Of a stretch of 29,004 nucleotides of DNA, positions 8,313 through 18,239 are shown in pieces (position 1 is the stretch's first letter; every line of letters starts with the position of its first letter). The stretch is from a virus (taxonomy: Duplodnaviria > Heunggongvirae > Uroviricota > Caudoviricetes), in the IMG/VR virus record IMGVR_UViG_643348547_000007, one strand, 5' to 3'. Below the pieces are notes generated by a model, which was given only the letters and a program-made list of their open reading frames with translations, did no database searches and had not been told where the DNA came from. The position numbers and the translations under genes were made by a program.

Positions 8313-11300
8313 TCAGCTAATCGTGATGCCTGCAGTGGCTTTCTTCATCACCACAACCAGCAAATCGCTGATACTTGCTGTGGGATACCAGTCATTTACC
8401 AGCCATGCTGACACCGAAAACTCCAGCGTCATGTGACCGTGACCGGCAGGCATATCAATAACGCCACTGTAAATCAGCGTATTATCCAGCGCGGTACGGT
8501 TATAAATTTCAGCACCGTTTTTCCGCACTATCAGACGGCATGAGGAGTAAATATCAGTATGCTCTCTCTCATGTTTAGCGCCGCTGAATGCCACCGCCGG
8601 AATAACAATCTGCCGGTCAAACGGCTGATCGTCATAAATCCTGACGGTAATGGTCCCTGATGGCCACCGTTCCGGTGCACGGGAGTCACGGGGGAAAGCC
8701 TTACCCACTGTTTTAACGAGATCGCCTTCAATCTGGTTTGCAGACAGTTTCCCTCTGATGACACAGTTCTCGTTAATGGTGACATTATTGAGCGTGCCGG
8801 TATTCGCCGTGATGGCTCCACTGATATCCGCATTGCGGGCTGTCAGCCTGCCATCCGGCGTCAGGGAAAACGTCGGAGGATTGCCGGATGACGTGATGCT
8901 CACCGCAAACAGTCGCTTCAGGAACACGTCGTTCATGAACAGCTGATTCCCCTGCGCCACAAATAACGGCGTGGTGTTACCGTTCTCCGGAGTAATCATC
9001 GCAATGCGATCGGCCTGCAGCAGAATGTTACTCAGCGTCTGACCATCGACATCCTCGATCCCCGCGCCAATCCCGGCCACATACGGAATACCCTTCTTCG
9101 TTTTCTGCACCTTCAGCATATACATGGCATTCAGATTATCGCGCGTGTCTGACTGAACCCGCTGGATTTGCTGTATGGTCACGGCCTGGTCACCCAGTTT
9201 TTTATCCGTGGTCGAGGCAATTTCACTCCCTTTTTCATCCACGTACTGACGGACCTGTGCTATCTGCCGGGCGTTTTCTGACTGGCCCTGGCTGACTGTC
9301 TGCTTGATTTCACTTTGCTTTTTGTCCACGTACTGGCGGACCTGTGCTATCTGTCGGGTATTTTCCTCACTGCTCTGACTGACCGTCTGTGAGATTTCAC
9401 TGCTGACACGGTCCACTTTCTGACTCACCTGCGCGATGGCCAGCGTCTGATCCTCATTCTTTTTCGCAACCAGCTGCGTGAGGCTGTTTTCCGCCTCCCC
9501 GATTTTCCGGGTCACTTCCGCAATATCCGTGTCCATCCGCTGACGGATGTCTTCTTCCAGTTGTCCGATATTCTCTTCCAGTTGAGTGACATCCGATCGC
9601 AGGGCTGACGCATCAATGCGCTTTTTCAGTGCCTGCCCCAGCAGCGTCTCATCTATCAGACCACGGAAAAATTCCAGATACCCTTTTGCATCATTGCTGG
9701 CCTGCCCGCTGGCTTCCACAAATGCAGACTTGCCCACCAGGTTGACACTGCGCACATAAAACCAGAAATCCATCCCCGGCTTAATCCGATCGCCCTGGAC
9801 AGTCCACTGACTGCCGGTCCCCAGATAACGGGCAGATTTTTCCACCTGTGCCGTGTTCGTGATGCGTTTTTCTGAGAACCAGAATTCAAACTGTATCGTC
9901 GGATCATACACCGCAAGACGCGGGACCGCCGTTATCTGAAAATACCCCGGCGTCAGCTCAATGGTGGCGGGTTTTGCAGGCGCGTTAATCCGGAAGGTGG
10001 TGGTCGCAGGTTCGCCCTGCTGGCCGTAGCTGTTAATGGCCCGCACCGTCAGGGTGTATTCCCCCAGCGGCAGACCACTGAAACGGTGCTCCGTGTCTGC
10101 GGTGATGGCGGTGCTCACCAGACGGCTGTCTTCTCCGCTTCCGCTGGTCAGACGCAGACTGAAGCGCACACCCTTCACCACCCGCGGCGTGTCCCATTTC
10201 GCCTGTGCCAGATACTGACCGTCAGCTGCACTCACCTCCACCGTCAGGTGCTGCACTGCCGGTGGGATAACGCTGTTCAGGCTGCCTGACTGCGGCTCAA
10301 AGCGGGCACCGTTATCCACAATGGCTTCTTTTTCCGGTACGTGCTGCACCGCCGTGATGGCGAACGTGCCGTCCGTGTTTTCCCGGATGGAGACACAGCG
10401 GAACAGGCGACGACGCAGTGACGGCAGGGAGAGTCCCCACACCCCGTATGTCTCCACACCATCCGGCAGGGTGCTGACCTGTATCCGGTCAGGCGCGGGG
10501 TGTGCGGTGATGGCCACGCTCGCCGGCTTACCGCTGCCGTTAATCAGATTAACAGTGGCCGTGCCGGTCTCCGGCAGTGTCACCTCCCGGTCCAGCGTCA
10601 GGGTACGGCTGGCGGCATCGATGGACAGGACACGTCCGCCGGTCATGGTCCCGGCATAGTCGTTATCACAGATTTCAATGATGTCACCGGGTGTGTGCCG
10701 CAGCCCCTGAGACCCGAGCGTGAAATCCACCGTCTGCGTTTCCAGCAGTTCGGTCTTTATCACCCACAGCCCGGCACGGTGGGCCTGACCGCGGCTGGTA
10801 CAGCCGAACGCGTCCATCTTCAGCAGGTTGCGTCCGTAGCGCAGTATGGCTTCCGGGTCTTCCACCAGTTCCGTGGAGGTCTGCCAGCCGTTCTGCGGGT
10901 CGGTGTAATTCACCTCCACCGCCGTGTGCCGGTCCTTCAGGGCACTGAAGCTGTAGCGGAACCCCACGCCGTTATCATCCACCACCACATCGCTGTTGGT
11001 GTACGGCCACACCACATCCGACGGGCGGTCCTGAACGAACGTCAGCGTCTGACCGTTCCATACCGGCATACAGCGCATCGCAGAGCAGAAATCACTGAGA
11101 ACGTCCCACGCCTTACGCTGTTGTGCCAGGTACGCATTAAAGGTCATCCGCGGCTCGGTCCCCCCGAAACCATCCGGGACCGTCTGGTCGCAGTACTGCC
11201 CGATGGCATACAGCGCCCACTTGTCCACATCCGCCGCCCCCAGACGTTTTCCCATGCCGTAGCGCGGGTGAGTCAGCATGTCCCACAGGCACCAGGCCGG

Positions 11301-12113
11301 GTTGTTGCTGTATGCCGGTTTCAGACTGCCGTCCCAGATACCACTGTACGTGCGTTTTTCCGGGTCATAGTTTGACGGCACCTGGATGATGCGACCGCGG
11401 ATATGGTAGTTCACCGTCATCTGCTGGCCGCCGAACTGCTCCGCATCCACCTGCAGCCCCACAATGGCCGTGTTCGGGTAGCACTGTTTCACATCGATGA
11501 TTTCGGTGTATGACGACCACAGCGTCTTATTCTGCAGCTGGTCCGTGGTGCTGTCCGCCGTCTCCCTGACCATCCGGATGTTAAAGGGCCGGGGAGGCAG
11601 ATTATCCAGAATCACCGAGGCCAGGAACTGCGAGGTGGTCTTGCCGTTAATGGTGACATCCTTTTCCGTCACCCAGCGGCCATTACGCTGTAACTGAATC
11701 AGAATCCGGACAGAGGAAGGATTACGGTCGCCCTTTGACGTGGTCTCCACCAGTGACTGCACCCCGAAGGTAACCCGCAGGCGGTCAATGTTCGCGGACG
11801 TAATGGTGCGCGTCACCGGTTTTGCCTTCGTCACTTCCACGCCCAGTCCGGTTTCAGCTCCGGAGGACTCAAAGCCTTCCGGTGGTGTCTGCTCCTGCTC
11901 CCCGGCACGCCAGACCGCGGTCACACCGTGTATCACGGGATTGCCGTCCGTGTCCGTCAGTGGGGTTTTGTTCACCAGAATACTCTGCAGTCCCTTCACC
12001 GGACCTTCTATCGGTCCCTCACCAATCGCATCAATCACACTCATCATCTGCGTGGATTTGAGATTATCCTTCGCCTCACGAGGCGTGTGTGCCTTACCGC
12101 CACCTTTTCCCAT
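8313..12113 (-). CDS. J: Tail tip / host specificity protein J (central tail fibre), 1266 aa
   Basis: Collinear with lambda J along its length ([22 protein letters not shown]... N-terminus; [10 protein letters not shown] and C-terminal regions conserved), with an extra internal repeat-containing segment. Confidence 0.95.
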   Translation of the reverse strand: MGKGGGKAHTPREAKDNLKSTQMMSVIDAIGEGPIEGPVKGLQSILVNKTPLTDTDGNPVIHGVTAVWRAGEQEQTPPEGFESSGAETGLGVEVTKAKPVTRTITSANIDRLRVTFGVQSLVETTSKGDRNPSSVRILIQLQRNGRWVTEKDVTINGKTTSQFLASVILDNLPPRPFNIRMVRETADSTTDQLQNKTLWSSYTEIIDVKQCYPNTAIVGLQVDAEQFGGQQMTVNYHIRGRIIQVPSNYDPEKRTYSGIWDGSLKPAYSNNPAWCLWDMLTHPRYGMGKRLGAADVDKWALYAIGQYCDQTVPDGFGGTEPRMTFNAYLAQQRKAWDVLSDFCSAMRCMPVWNGQTLTFVQDRPSDVVWPYTNSDVVVDDNGVGFRYSFSALKDRHTAVEVNYTDPQNGWQTSTELVEDPEAILRYGRNLLKMDAFGCTSRGQAHRAGLWVIKTELLETQTVDFTLGSQGLRHTPGDIIEICDNDYAGTMTGGRVLSIDAASRTLTLDREVTLPETGTATVNLINGSGKPASVAITAHPAPDRIQVSTLPDGVETYGVWGLSLPSLRRRLFRCVSIRENTDGTFAITAVQHVPEKEAIVDNGARFEPQSGSLNSVIPPAVQHLTVEVSAADGQYLAQAKWDTPRVVKGVRFSLRLTSGSGEDSRLVSTAITADTEHRFSGLPLGEYTLTVRAINSYGQQGEPATTTFRINAPAKPATIELTPGYFQITAVPRLAVYDPTIQFEFWFSEKRITNTAQVEKSARYLGTGSQWTVQGDRIKPGMDFWFYVRSVNLVGKSAFVEASGQASNDAKGYLEFFRGLIDETLLGQALKKRIDASALRSDVTQLEENIGQLEEDIRQRMDTDIAEVTRKIGEAENSLTQLVAKKNEDQTLAIAQVSQKVDRVSSEISQTVSQSSEENTRQIAQVRQYVDKKQSEIKQTVSQGQSENARQIAQVRQYVDEKGSEIASTTDKKLGDQAVTIQQIQRVQSDTRDNLNAMYMLKVQKTKKGIPYVAGIGAGIEDVDGQTLSNILLQADRIAMITPENGNTTPLFVAQGNQLFMNDVFLKRLFAVSITSSGNPPTFSLTPDGRLTARNADISGAITANTGTLNNVTINENCVIRGKLSANQIEGDLVKTVGKAFPRDSRAPERWPSGTITVRIYDDQPFDRQIVIPAVAFSGAKHEREHTDIYSSCRLIVRKNGAEIYNRTALDNTLIYSGVIDMPAGHGHMTLEFSVSAWLVNDWYPTASISDLLVVVMKKATAGITIS
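9238..9410 (-). repeat. Two tandem copies of an imperfect ~87-bp repeat (plus a partial third upstream) inside J, encoding repeated [10 protein letters not shown](K/E)K-type motifs
   Basis: TCCACGTACTG(A/G)CGGACCTGTGCTATCTG... recurs at 9238 and 9323; the protein shows ...[25 protein letters not shown]...[19 protein letters not shown]... Confidence 0.55.
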
Positions 12114-12216
12114 ACAGCCTTCCCCTGAATAAATTAACCGCCACTTGCCATTCCGTACAGAAGTCGGATATCCTTCGCCCGAAAAGCATGAAACACATTT
12201 CTGCCATGCTAAAGAG

Positions 12217-12252
12217 AAACCCCGGTATCAGCAGATACCGGGGTTTTCTTTC
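12217..12252. terminator. Strong hairpin (10-bp stem CCCCGGTATC/GATACCGGGG, loop AGCA) flanked by T-rich runs on both strands; candidate bidirectional intrinsic terminator in the I-J intergenic region
   Basis: Perfect inverted repeat at 12220-12229 and 12234-12243; plus strand continues TTTTCTTTC; minus strand continues TTTCTCTTT. Confidence 0.55.
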
Positions 12253-12318
12253 ATGCCCACCGATAATCCTGTTGGTTAAAACCGGTAATGGCATAAAAAT
12301 TCTGAATATCTTCACATT

Positions 12319-12346
12319 TTCACAAACTGACTGTGGCGCGTATAAT
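12319..12346 (+). promoter_or_regulatory. Sigma70-like promoter candidate (TTCACA, 16-nt spacer, TATAAT) antisense to the tail operon
   Basis: TTCACA at 12319-12324 and a perfect TATAAT at 12341-12346, read directly; no experimental support. Confidence 0.35.
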
Positions 12347-12352
12347 TTCGCT

Positions 12353-12450
12353 GCGTTAATTTTTTTGTCGTGATATAAGAATAATTCCTTACACTTAATC
12401 TTCGTAACTCTCCCGCAGTTCCTGTCCGCGATCACTGCGGGATTTTTTTA
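12353..12450 (+). ncRNA. Candidate small RNA of about 100 nt, from the promoter-like element to the intrinsic terminator, in the I-J intergenic region
   Basis: Predicted start about 7 nt after the -10; ends at the terminator 12411-12450; no credible ORF or RBS inside; sits in a 343-bp gap between I and J that is not part of lambda's I-J arrangement as I recall it. Confidence 0.3.
12411..12450 (+). terminator. Intrinsic terminator on the plus strand (stem TCCCGCAG/CTGCGGGA, 16-nt loop, then TTTTTTT)
   Basis: Inverted repeat at 12411-12418 and 12435-12442, T-run 12443-12449; on the minus strand no U-run follows, so it is orientation-specific. Confidence 0.5.
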
Positions 12451-12456
12451 TTCTTT

Positions 12457-13137
12457 TTACCCCTGCCGCCCGATAACCACGACCTTTCCGCCCCCGCCTT
12501 CATCACGGGTGCTGATGTCCTGGGATATACGGCGGGAGCCAACCAGCATTTCCCCGTAAGGCACCGGCATCGGGTTCCCCTGGGCAATCATGTTATCCAG
12601 CGAGGAAAAGTACGTGTTCTGTCTGCCGTTATCCGTTGCGCGGTAATCCGGTGTTTTTGCCTTCGGGGCCAGCATCTGTGCCACACCGCCCAGTATCATG
12701 CTGGCCCCCAGTGAAAACAGCATCGTGGTGGCAGAAAAACCACCGGCTGCCAGGGCTGAACCCCATAACGCCATCGAGGCACCGGCCGTGAAGAAAGAGC
12801 CCACGATGGCTGCCGCCCCCAGCACAATCTGCAGTCCGCCCTTTCCGGCTCCGGCCAGTCGCGGCACAATGTGGATGACCGTTCCCTCACCCAGCTGTTC
12901 GTGAAGACGGGCGTACACCGCCTCCGGTGCCGTGTCATCACCGGCAATACGTATCTGGTACCAGCCTTCGTTCATCTGACGGCGAAAGCCCGGCATCTGC
13001 ATCGACAGGGCGCGAATGGCTTCCGCTGCCGTGTTCACATACAGGCTGAGGCGGCGGCCAAATCGTTGCAAATCCCCGTGAAGGCAGATGCGTGCCAGTG
13101 GCGGTGACGCCAGACAGAATGCGTTCGTCGTTGCCAT
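12457..13137 (-). CDS. I: Tail assembly protein I, 226 aa
   Basis: Matches lambda gpI from memory (ARICLHGDLQRFGRR, QNTYFSSLDNM, C-terminal GGG...VVVIGR). Confidence 0.9.
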   Translation of the reverse strand: MATTNAFCLASPPLARICLHGDLQRFGRRLSLYVNTAAEAIRALSMQMPGFRRQMNEGWYQIRIAGDDTAPEAVYARLHEQLGEGTVIHIVPRLAGAGKGGLQIVLGAAAIVGSFFTAGASMALWGSALAAGGFSATTMLFSLGASMILGGVAQMLAPKAKTPDYRATDNGRQNTYFSSLDNMIAQGNPMPVPYGEMLVGSRRISQDISTRDEGGGGKVVVIGRQG

Positions 13138-13778
13138 TTTTCGGAATACCTCTCCCGTTTACTCAGTTGTTCAGGCAGATGGTGAAGCAGCTCACCGTTG
13201 CCGCAGTAAATGGCGGCATGGTTCGGTACCGAAGCACCAAAGCAGCACAGCAGAATATCGCCCGCCTGTGCAGAGGACAGGGGCACCCGGTAAAAGCCGG
13301 TGACCGCCATATTGTCCAGGTAAAGGTTCTGACCGTTGCGCCACCAGTCATCCTCGCGATGAAAATCCGGCATTTCAGTCCCCGCCAGATGGTATGCATC
13401 CCGGAACAGCGTGTAACAGTCCGTCACCCCGTGCTCAAAGCGCCGTCCCGTCAGGTGCGGCACGCAGCGGAATTTGTGAATGTCACCCCGGCAGACCAGC
13501 CACCAGGGCAGTGCGCTTTTTATCTGCAGCCGCCGGTCAGCCTCGCTCAGCCAGGGCAGCCCACCGGGATGACTGTGGACCAGTGCCACAATCTCCCCCT
13601 GCATCTCTGCCCGCAGCCAGTCTTCCGGTGCGATACGAAAATACGCCTCCGGCTCTGCGGAAATATTCACACAAGGGATATACCGCTCCCCCTCCGGCGT
13701 GCTTATCACGAAGCCGCACGACTCCGCAGGCGCACACCGCCGGGCATGCGCCAGAATCGCTGATTCTGTCTGTGTCAT
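13035..13778 (-). CDS. K: Tail assembly protein K (JAB/MPN metalloprotease-like and NlpC/P60-like domains), 247 aa as the longest frame
   Basis: JAMM-type motif HSHPGG...SEAD and a Cys/His NlpC-P60-like region; positioned between L and I. The ORF overlaps I by 103 nt, so the true C-terminus is uncertain. Confidence 0.8.
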   Translation of the reverse strand: MTQTESAILAHARRCAPAESCGFVISTPEGERYIPCVNISAEPEAYFRIAPEDWLRAEMQGEIVALVHSHPGGLPWLSEADRRLQIKSALPWWLVCRGDIHKFRCVPHLTGRRFEHGVTDCYTLFRDAYHLAGTEMPDFHREDDWWRNGQNLYLDNMAVTGFYRVPLSSAQAGDILLCCFGASVPNHAAIYCGNGELLHHLPEQLSKRERYSEKWQRRTHSVWRHRHWHASAFTGICNDLAAASACM

Positions 13779-13783
13779 TGGAT

Positions 13784-14482
13784 TTACTGCGAAAGTTTGT
13801 TAATGGAAAGGAAACCGCCAAAATTAGCCACCATGCCGCGCATCTCACACCCGCGCATGCACTTGCTGCATCTGTCCTTACGGATATCCGTGGTGGGGTT
13901 GTCGAACTCATCCGCCACCGCAGGACCGTTATACCCGCATTCATCTCCCCGGTAATCCCACATACAGGTGTTCGCCAGCATGATGCGACCGGGAAACAGC
14001 GCCCCGTCCGTCTCGGTCGGTGTAGCCAGCACAAACGAGGCCGTCATGGCTGTCAGCTGCGACATCTGCTCCACCACCCAGCGGTCACTCAGCTCCTGCT
14101 CCGGGTCCGCCTCCGGATTGCCCGCAACGAAATTCACCGCATCCAGAAAACGGGCATACACCCGGCGGCGGACCACCGTGGCCCCCACCAGACTCTGCAG
14201 GTCTTCCGCCATCCCGGTGACCAGACCGAACAGATTGGACACCGTCAGCGACGGTCTGGCACTGCTGCCCCGGCCGTTCATCTCAAAGCCGCTGCCGTCA
14301 ATCGGGTATGCCTCATACTTACGCCCCTGCCAGGTGACCGGCTCCCCTTTTTCATTCAGCTCATTACAGAAAAAATACCGCTCACCACCCTGTACCGTCA
14401 GGTCGATTTCCCAGAGTACCACCCGCGGTGACTGCTCTGACTTAACCGACTCGTTCAGACTTTCTTCGCGAATATCCTGCAT
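13784..14482 (-). CDS. L: Minor tail protein L, 232 aa
   Basis: Lambda gpL-like, including the C-terminal cysteine cluster (CSKCMRGCE...). Confidence 0.95.
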   Translation of the reverse strand: MQDIREESLNESVKSEQSPRVVLWEIDLTVQGGERYFFCNELNEKGEPVTWQGRKYEAYPIDGSGFEMNGRGSSARPSLTVSNLFGLVTGMAEDLQSLVGATVVRRRVYARFLDAVNFVAGNPEADPEQELSDRWVVEQMSQLTAMTASFVLATPTETDGALFPGRIMLANTCMWDYRGDECGYNGPAVADEFDNPTTDIRKDRCSKCMRGCEMRGMVANFGGFLSINKLSQ

Positions 14483-14811
14483 CAGTTCACCACCTGCTTA
14501 AACTCCGCGCTGAACTCAACGCGCAACATCCCGACCCGCGCAGACCACCCGGCACAGGTCACCTTTATCTGCCGGTATGCATAGGGTGGCTTCCACAAAA
14601 ATGCCTTCCAGCCACCGTGCTCTGCCAGGAACGCTTCCAGATGCCGGGCCTCCTCCCGGGTCACGGAAAGCGTCACCCTGTATGTTTTCAGGTCAGCATT
14701 CAGCCCTGCCGCCATACGCTGTGAGTACCCGTCACCAAAACGCACTTCACGCACCGATGGCTGCGAGTTCACCTCCATATCCGGCTTCACTTTCCAGCGA
14801 AAGGTTTTCAT
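14482..14811 (-). CDS. M: Minor tail protein M, 109 aa
   Basis: Lambda gpM-like; stop/start overlap with L and with H, as expected for a coupled tail operon. Confidence 0.95.
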   Translation of the reverse strand: MKTFRWKVKPDMEVNSQPSVREVRFGDGYSQRMAAGLNADLKTYRVTLSVTREEARHLEAFLAEHGGWKAFLWKPPYAYRQIKVTCAGWSARVGMLRVEFSAEFKQVVN

Positions 14812-17369
14812 CGACCGCTCCCTGATAACAGACCGCCATCACGCAACTGCAGCCGGAGTTCATCCTGTGCCCCCTTGCGGGCCATGTCATACACCGCCTT
14901 CATCAGCTGCGACCCCGCCTGTCCGTTGATACCGTCGTTCTGAATCACCACGTGATTGTTCTGATTAAAATTAATACCTTCGGCCCGCCGCATCTGCGCC
15001 GGACTTCCGGCACCGCCGACATAACCACCTTCCGCATACCCGCGCATCAGACGATACAGGTTGCCGACACCAATCCGGCTGGTTGCCTCCTTCGTGAAGA
15101 CAAATTCACCACGGTGAACAATCCCCGCTGGCTCATATTTGCCGCCGGTTCCCGTAAATCCTCCGGTTGCAAAATGGAATTTCGCCGCAGCGGCCTGAAT
15201 GGCTGTACCGCCTGACGCGGATGCGCCGCCACCGGTAGCCCCGCCAATGGCGCTGCCGATACTCCCGACAATCCCCACCATTGCCTGCTTAAGCAGAATT
15301 TCTGTCATCATGGACAGCACGGAGCGGGTGAAGCTGCGCCAGTTCTGCTCACTGCCGGTCAGCATCGCCGCCATATTCTGCGCAATACCATCAAAGGTCT
15401 GCGTGGCAGCACTTTTAACCTGCGACATACTGTCCGTGGCACTCTCTTTCCACTCGCTCCAGCCGGACCTGAGGCCTGCCATCCAGTTCCCGCGAAGCAG
15501 GTCTTCAGCCGCCCAGGTCTTTTTCTGCTCTGACATGACATTATTCAGCGCCAGAGGATTATCGCCATACTGTTCCTTCAGGCGCTGTTCTGTGGCTTCC
15601 CGTTCTGCCTGCCGGTCAGTCAGCCCCCGGCTTTTCGCATCAATGGCGGCCCGTTTTGCCCGTTGCTGCTGTGCGAATTTATCCGCCTGCTGCGCCAGCG
15701 CGTTCAGGCGCTCCTGATACGTAACCTTGTCGCCAAGTGCAGCCAGCTGGCGTTTGTACTCCAGCGTCTCATCTTTATGCGCCAGCAGGGATTTCTCCTG
15801 TGCAGACAGCTGGCGACGTTGCGCCGCCTCCTCCAGTACCGCGAACTGACTCTCCGCCTTCCACAAATCCCGGCGCTGCTGGCTGATTTTCTCATTCGCT
15901 CCGGCATGCTTCTCCAGCGTCCGGAGTTCTGCCTGAAGCGTCAGCAGGGCAGCATGAGCACTGTCTTCCTGACGATCGCCCGCAGACACCTTCACGCCGG
16001 ACTGTTTCGGCTTTTTCAGCGTCGCTTCATAATCCTTTTTCGCCGCCGCCATCAGCGTGTTGTAATCCGCCTGCAGGATTTTCCCGTCTTTCAGTGCCTT
16101 GTTCAGTTCTTCCTGACGGGCGGTATATTTCTCCAGCGGCGTCTGCAGCCGTTCGTAAGCCTTCTGCGCCTCTTCGGTATATTTCAGCCGTGACGCTTCG
16201 GTATCGCTCTGCTGCTGCGCATTTTTGTCCTGTTGAGTCTGCTGCTCAGCCTTCTTTCGGGCGGCTTCAAGCGCAAGACGGGCCTTTTCACGATCATCCC
16301 AGTAACGCGCCCGCGCTTCATCGTTAACAAAATAATCATCCTTGCGCAGATTCCAGATGTCGTCTGCTTTCTTAAACGCAGCCTCTGCCTTAATCAGCAT
16401 CTCCTGCGCGGTATCAGGACGACCAATATCCAGCACCGCATCCCACATGGATTTGAATGCCCGCGCTGTCCTGTCTGCCCAGGTCTCCAGCGTGCCCATG
16501 TTCTCTTTCAGGCGGCGGGTCTGGTCATCAAACCCTTTCGTTGCGGCCTCGTTCGCCGCCTGCAATGCCCCGGTTTCATCGCCGGAACGCTGCAACTGAG
16601 CAACATACGCAATCTGCTCCGCCGTCACGTTATGGAACTGCTTCGCCATCGCAATCAGCCCCGACGTCGGGTCAGTGGTCAGTTTTCCGAAAGCCTCTGC
16701 AACCTTGTCCACCTCCACACCGGATGCAGAAGCAAAACGCGCGACACTCTGGTTGATGGCATCAAACTGTTCACCACCACGCACACCGGCATTCACCATG
16801 GCTGCCAGTGACTCACTCGCCTGGTTAAACGTCAGCCCTGCGGCCTGTCCGGCTCTGGAGAGCGTCAGCATGCGATCGGCAGTCAGTCCGGACTGATTAC
16901 CGGAAAGAACCAGGGTTTTATTAAACGCTGAAAGCGTGGAATCTCCCTGGTACCAGGCGTACACCAGCGCACCTGTCGCCACCGCCAGCGAGGTGACCCC
17001 GACCATCGGCAGGGTGATCGCACCGGCAAGCCCCCTGAACATGGGGATCATCCCGCCGAAGGAGTCCTTCACCTGACCGCCCTGTTGCAGCAGGATCAGC
17101 CAGGGATTCTGACCACCGGCAAGCTGCGTGGCGATATCCGTAAACTGTGCGGGCAGGGTTCGCATGGCCGCTTTATACTGCCCGACGGAAATCCCGGCTT
17201 TTTGTGCAGCCAGCGCCTGGCGGCTCAGGCCCTGTTCAACAGCACTGGCGGTTTTTCTGGCGTCGGTATCCAGACCTGAAAAATGACGCCTTACCCGGCT
17301 CATCTGCTCATCGAAACGGACAGCATCCAGACTAAGGTCAATAACAAGATCACCAACCGGCTGGGACAT
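14808..17369 (-). CDS. H: Tail tape measure protein H, 853 aa
   Basis: Same length as lambda gpH as I recall it; coiled-coil-rich centre and glycine-rich C-terminal region; position between T and M. Confidence 0.95.
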   Translation of the reverse strand: MSQPVGDLVIDLSLDAVRFDEQMSRVRRHFSGLDTDARKTASAVEQGLSRQALAAQKAGISVGQYKAAMRTLPAQFTDIATQLAGGQNPWLILLQQGGQVKDSFGGMIPMFRGLAGAITLPMVGVTSLAVATGALVYAWYQGDSTLSAFNKTLVLSGNQSGLTADRMLTLSRAGQAAGLTFNQASESLAAMVNAGVRGGEQFDAINQSVARFASASGVEVDKVAEAFGKLTTDPTSGLIAMAKQFHNVTAEQIAYVAQLQRSGDETGALQAANEAATKGFDDQTRRLKENMGTLETWADRTARAFKSMWDAVLDIGRPDTAQEMLIKAEAAFKKADDIWNLRKDDYFVNDEARARYWDDREKARLALEAARKKAEQQTQQDKNAQQQSDTEASRLKYTEEAQKAYERLQTPLEKYTARQEELNKALKDGKILQADYNTLMAAAKKDYEATLKKPKQSGVKVSAGDRQEDSAHAALLTLQAELRTLEKHAGANEKISQQRRDLWKAESQFAVLEEAAQRRQLSAQEKSLLAHKDETLEYKRQLAALGDKVTYQERLNALAQQADKFAQQQRAKRAAIDAKSRGLTDRQAEREATEQRLKEQYGDNPLALNNVMSEQKKTWAAEDLLRGNWMAGLRSGWSEWKESATDSMSQVKSAATQTFDGIAQNMAAMLTGSEQNWRSFTRSVLSMMTEILLKQAMVGIVGSIGSAIGGATGGGASASGGTAIQAAAAKFHFATGGFTGTGGKYEPAGIVHRGEFVFTKEATSRIGVGNLYRLMRGYAEGGYVGGAGSPAQMRRAEGINFNQNNHVVIQNDGINGQAGSQLMKAVYDMARKGAQDELRLQLRDGGLLSGSGR

Positions 17370-17763
17370 ATCTCACACCTCCCGGAATCCCCGCTGAAGC
17401 CATCATTAATGCGGCATCATCCACCATGACATCCGCCACATCCACAGACGATAAAATATCGCGCCCTCCGTCCCCACCGAACCGGACGCCTCCGGCAAGT
17501 CCTGCCGCTTTCTGCATCAGCATTTTGTCCTCATCCGGCCTCTCCACCTGCTCTTCCTCATGCCGGGGGACAAGCAGACTGAAATCAGAGGGATGCATAT
17601 CCGGATCGCAAAAAAACAGGCTGAGTACAGCGTACGTCAGCCCGGAAAAATGCATATCCAGCTGGGTATCCTGAAAATAATGCGTGCGGTAAAAACGGTG
17701 CCAGTCGGCATATTCGGTGGATGTCATCCCGGCAAGCATGGCGCGCCAGTCGGGTCTCCCCAT
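17350..17763 (-). CDS. T: T portion of the G-T tail assembly chaperone, expressed by a -1 frameshift from G
   Basis: The frame continues from the G slippery site in the -1 register (GKVFDGELNFALRLAREMGRPDWRAM...), giving the G-T fusion spanning 17350-18221. Confidence 0.85.
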   Translation of the reverse strand: MGRPDWRAMLAGMTSTEYADWHRFYRTHYFQDTQLDMHFSGLTYAVLSLFFCDPDMHPSDFSLLVPRHEEEQVERPDEDKMLMQKAAGLAGGVRFGGDGGRDILSSVDVADVMVDDAALMMASAGIPGGVRYVPAGW

Positions 17764-17789
17764 CTCACGCGCCAGTCTGAGGGCAAAGT

Positions 17790-18221
17790 TCAGCTCGCCG
17801 TCGAAGACTTTCCCGCAGAAAAATCATCATCAGTCAGCGTGTTATTTTTCGCCACTTCAGTAATATCAGTATCCGGACGAACAGCTTCGATCATCCCGGA
17901 CAGGCACAACACCACGTCTTCCGCCCGGGCAATGGCATCGGCAGGCCAGGTGGTGAGCACTTCCTGCTCTATCTTCATCACGGCCTCATTCATTGACGGT
18001 GACTGCGTTTTCTGTGGATGGTTATGCCACAGGGACATCGCCACCAGAAACGCGCCGGTTCTGACAAGATCTTCCACACTCACCTGCAGGTTGCCGCTGG
18101 CTTCAGCCTCTTCTGCCCGCCGTTTCAGGAGGGCAAGATGCTCAATACGCTGCAGCGCAGACAGCTCAGAAAGCGTGACGGATACACCGTTATATTCAAA
18201 TTGTTCTGTTTTCAGGAACAT
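17790..18221 (-). CDS. G: Tail assembly chaperone G, 143 aa
   Basis: MFLKTEQFEYNGVSVTLSELSALQRIEHLAL... matches lambda gpG from memory. Confidence 0.9.
   Translation of the reverse strand: MFLKTEQFEYNGVSVTLSELSALQRIEHLALLKRRAEEAEASGNLQVSVEDLVRTGAFLVAMSLWHNHPQKTQSPSMNEAVMKIEQEVLTTWPADAIARAEDVVLCLSGMIEAVRPDTDITEVAKNNTLTDDDFSAGKSSTAS
17808..17814 (-). other. Programmed -1 ribosomal frameshift slippery heptamer G GGA AAG at the 3' end of G
   Basis: Minus-strand GGGAAAG lies 5 codons before the G stop, the same heptamer and placement as lambda G-T as recalled; the downstream -1 frame is open into T. Confidence 0.8.
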
Positions 18222-18239
18222 CGCTTATCTCTCAGCTCT

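Noticed and set aside
10036-11375. Plus-strand ORFs antisense to J (for example 10500-11375, 291 aa)
   Set aside because: Antisense to a strongly supported long coding gene; Arg/Pro/His-rich composition typical of the reverse frame of GC-rich coding sequence; no ribosome-binding site.
12089-12435. ORFs 12089-12373 (plus, 94 aa) and 12094-12435 (minus, 113 aa) spanning the I-J spacer
   Set aside because: Both run through the terminator hairpins and into J; the minus ORF starts at a GTG inside the terminator stem; neither has a Shine-Dalgarno. The region is better explained as non-coding regulatory RNA.
14952-16896. Multiple 60-190-aa ORFs on the plus strand and in alternate minus frames inside the tape measure gene H
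   Set aside because: Fully embedded in H, with compositions consistent with off-frame artefacts; H is intact and same length as lambda H as recalled.
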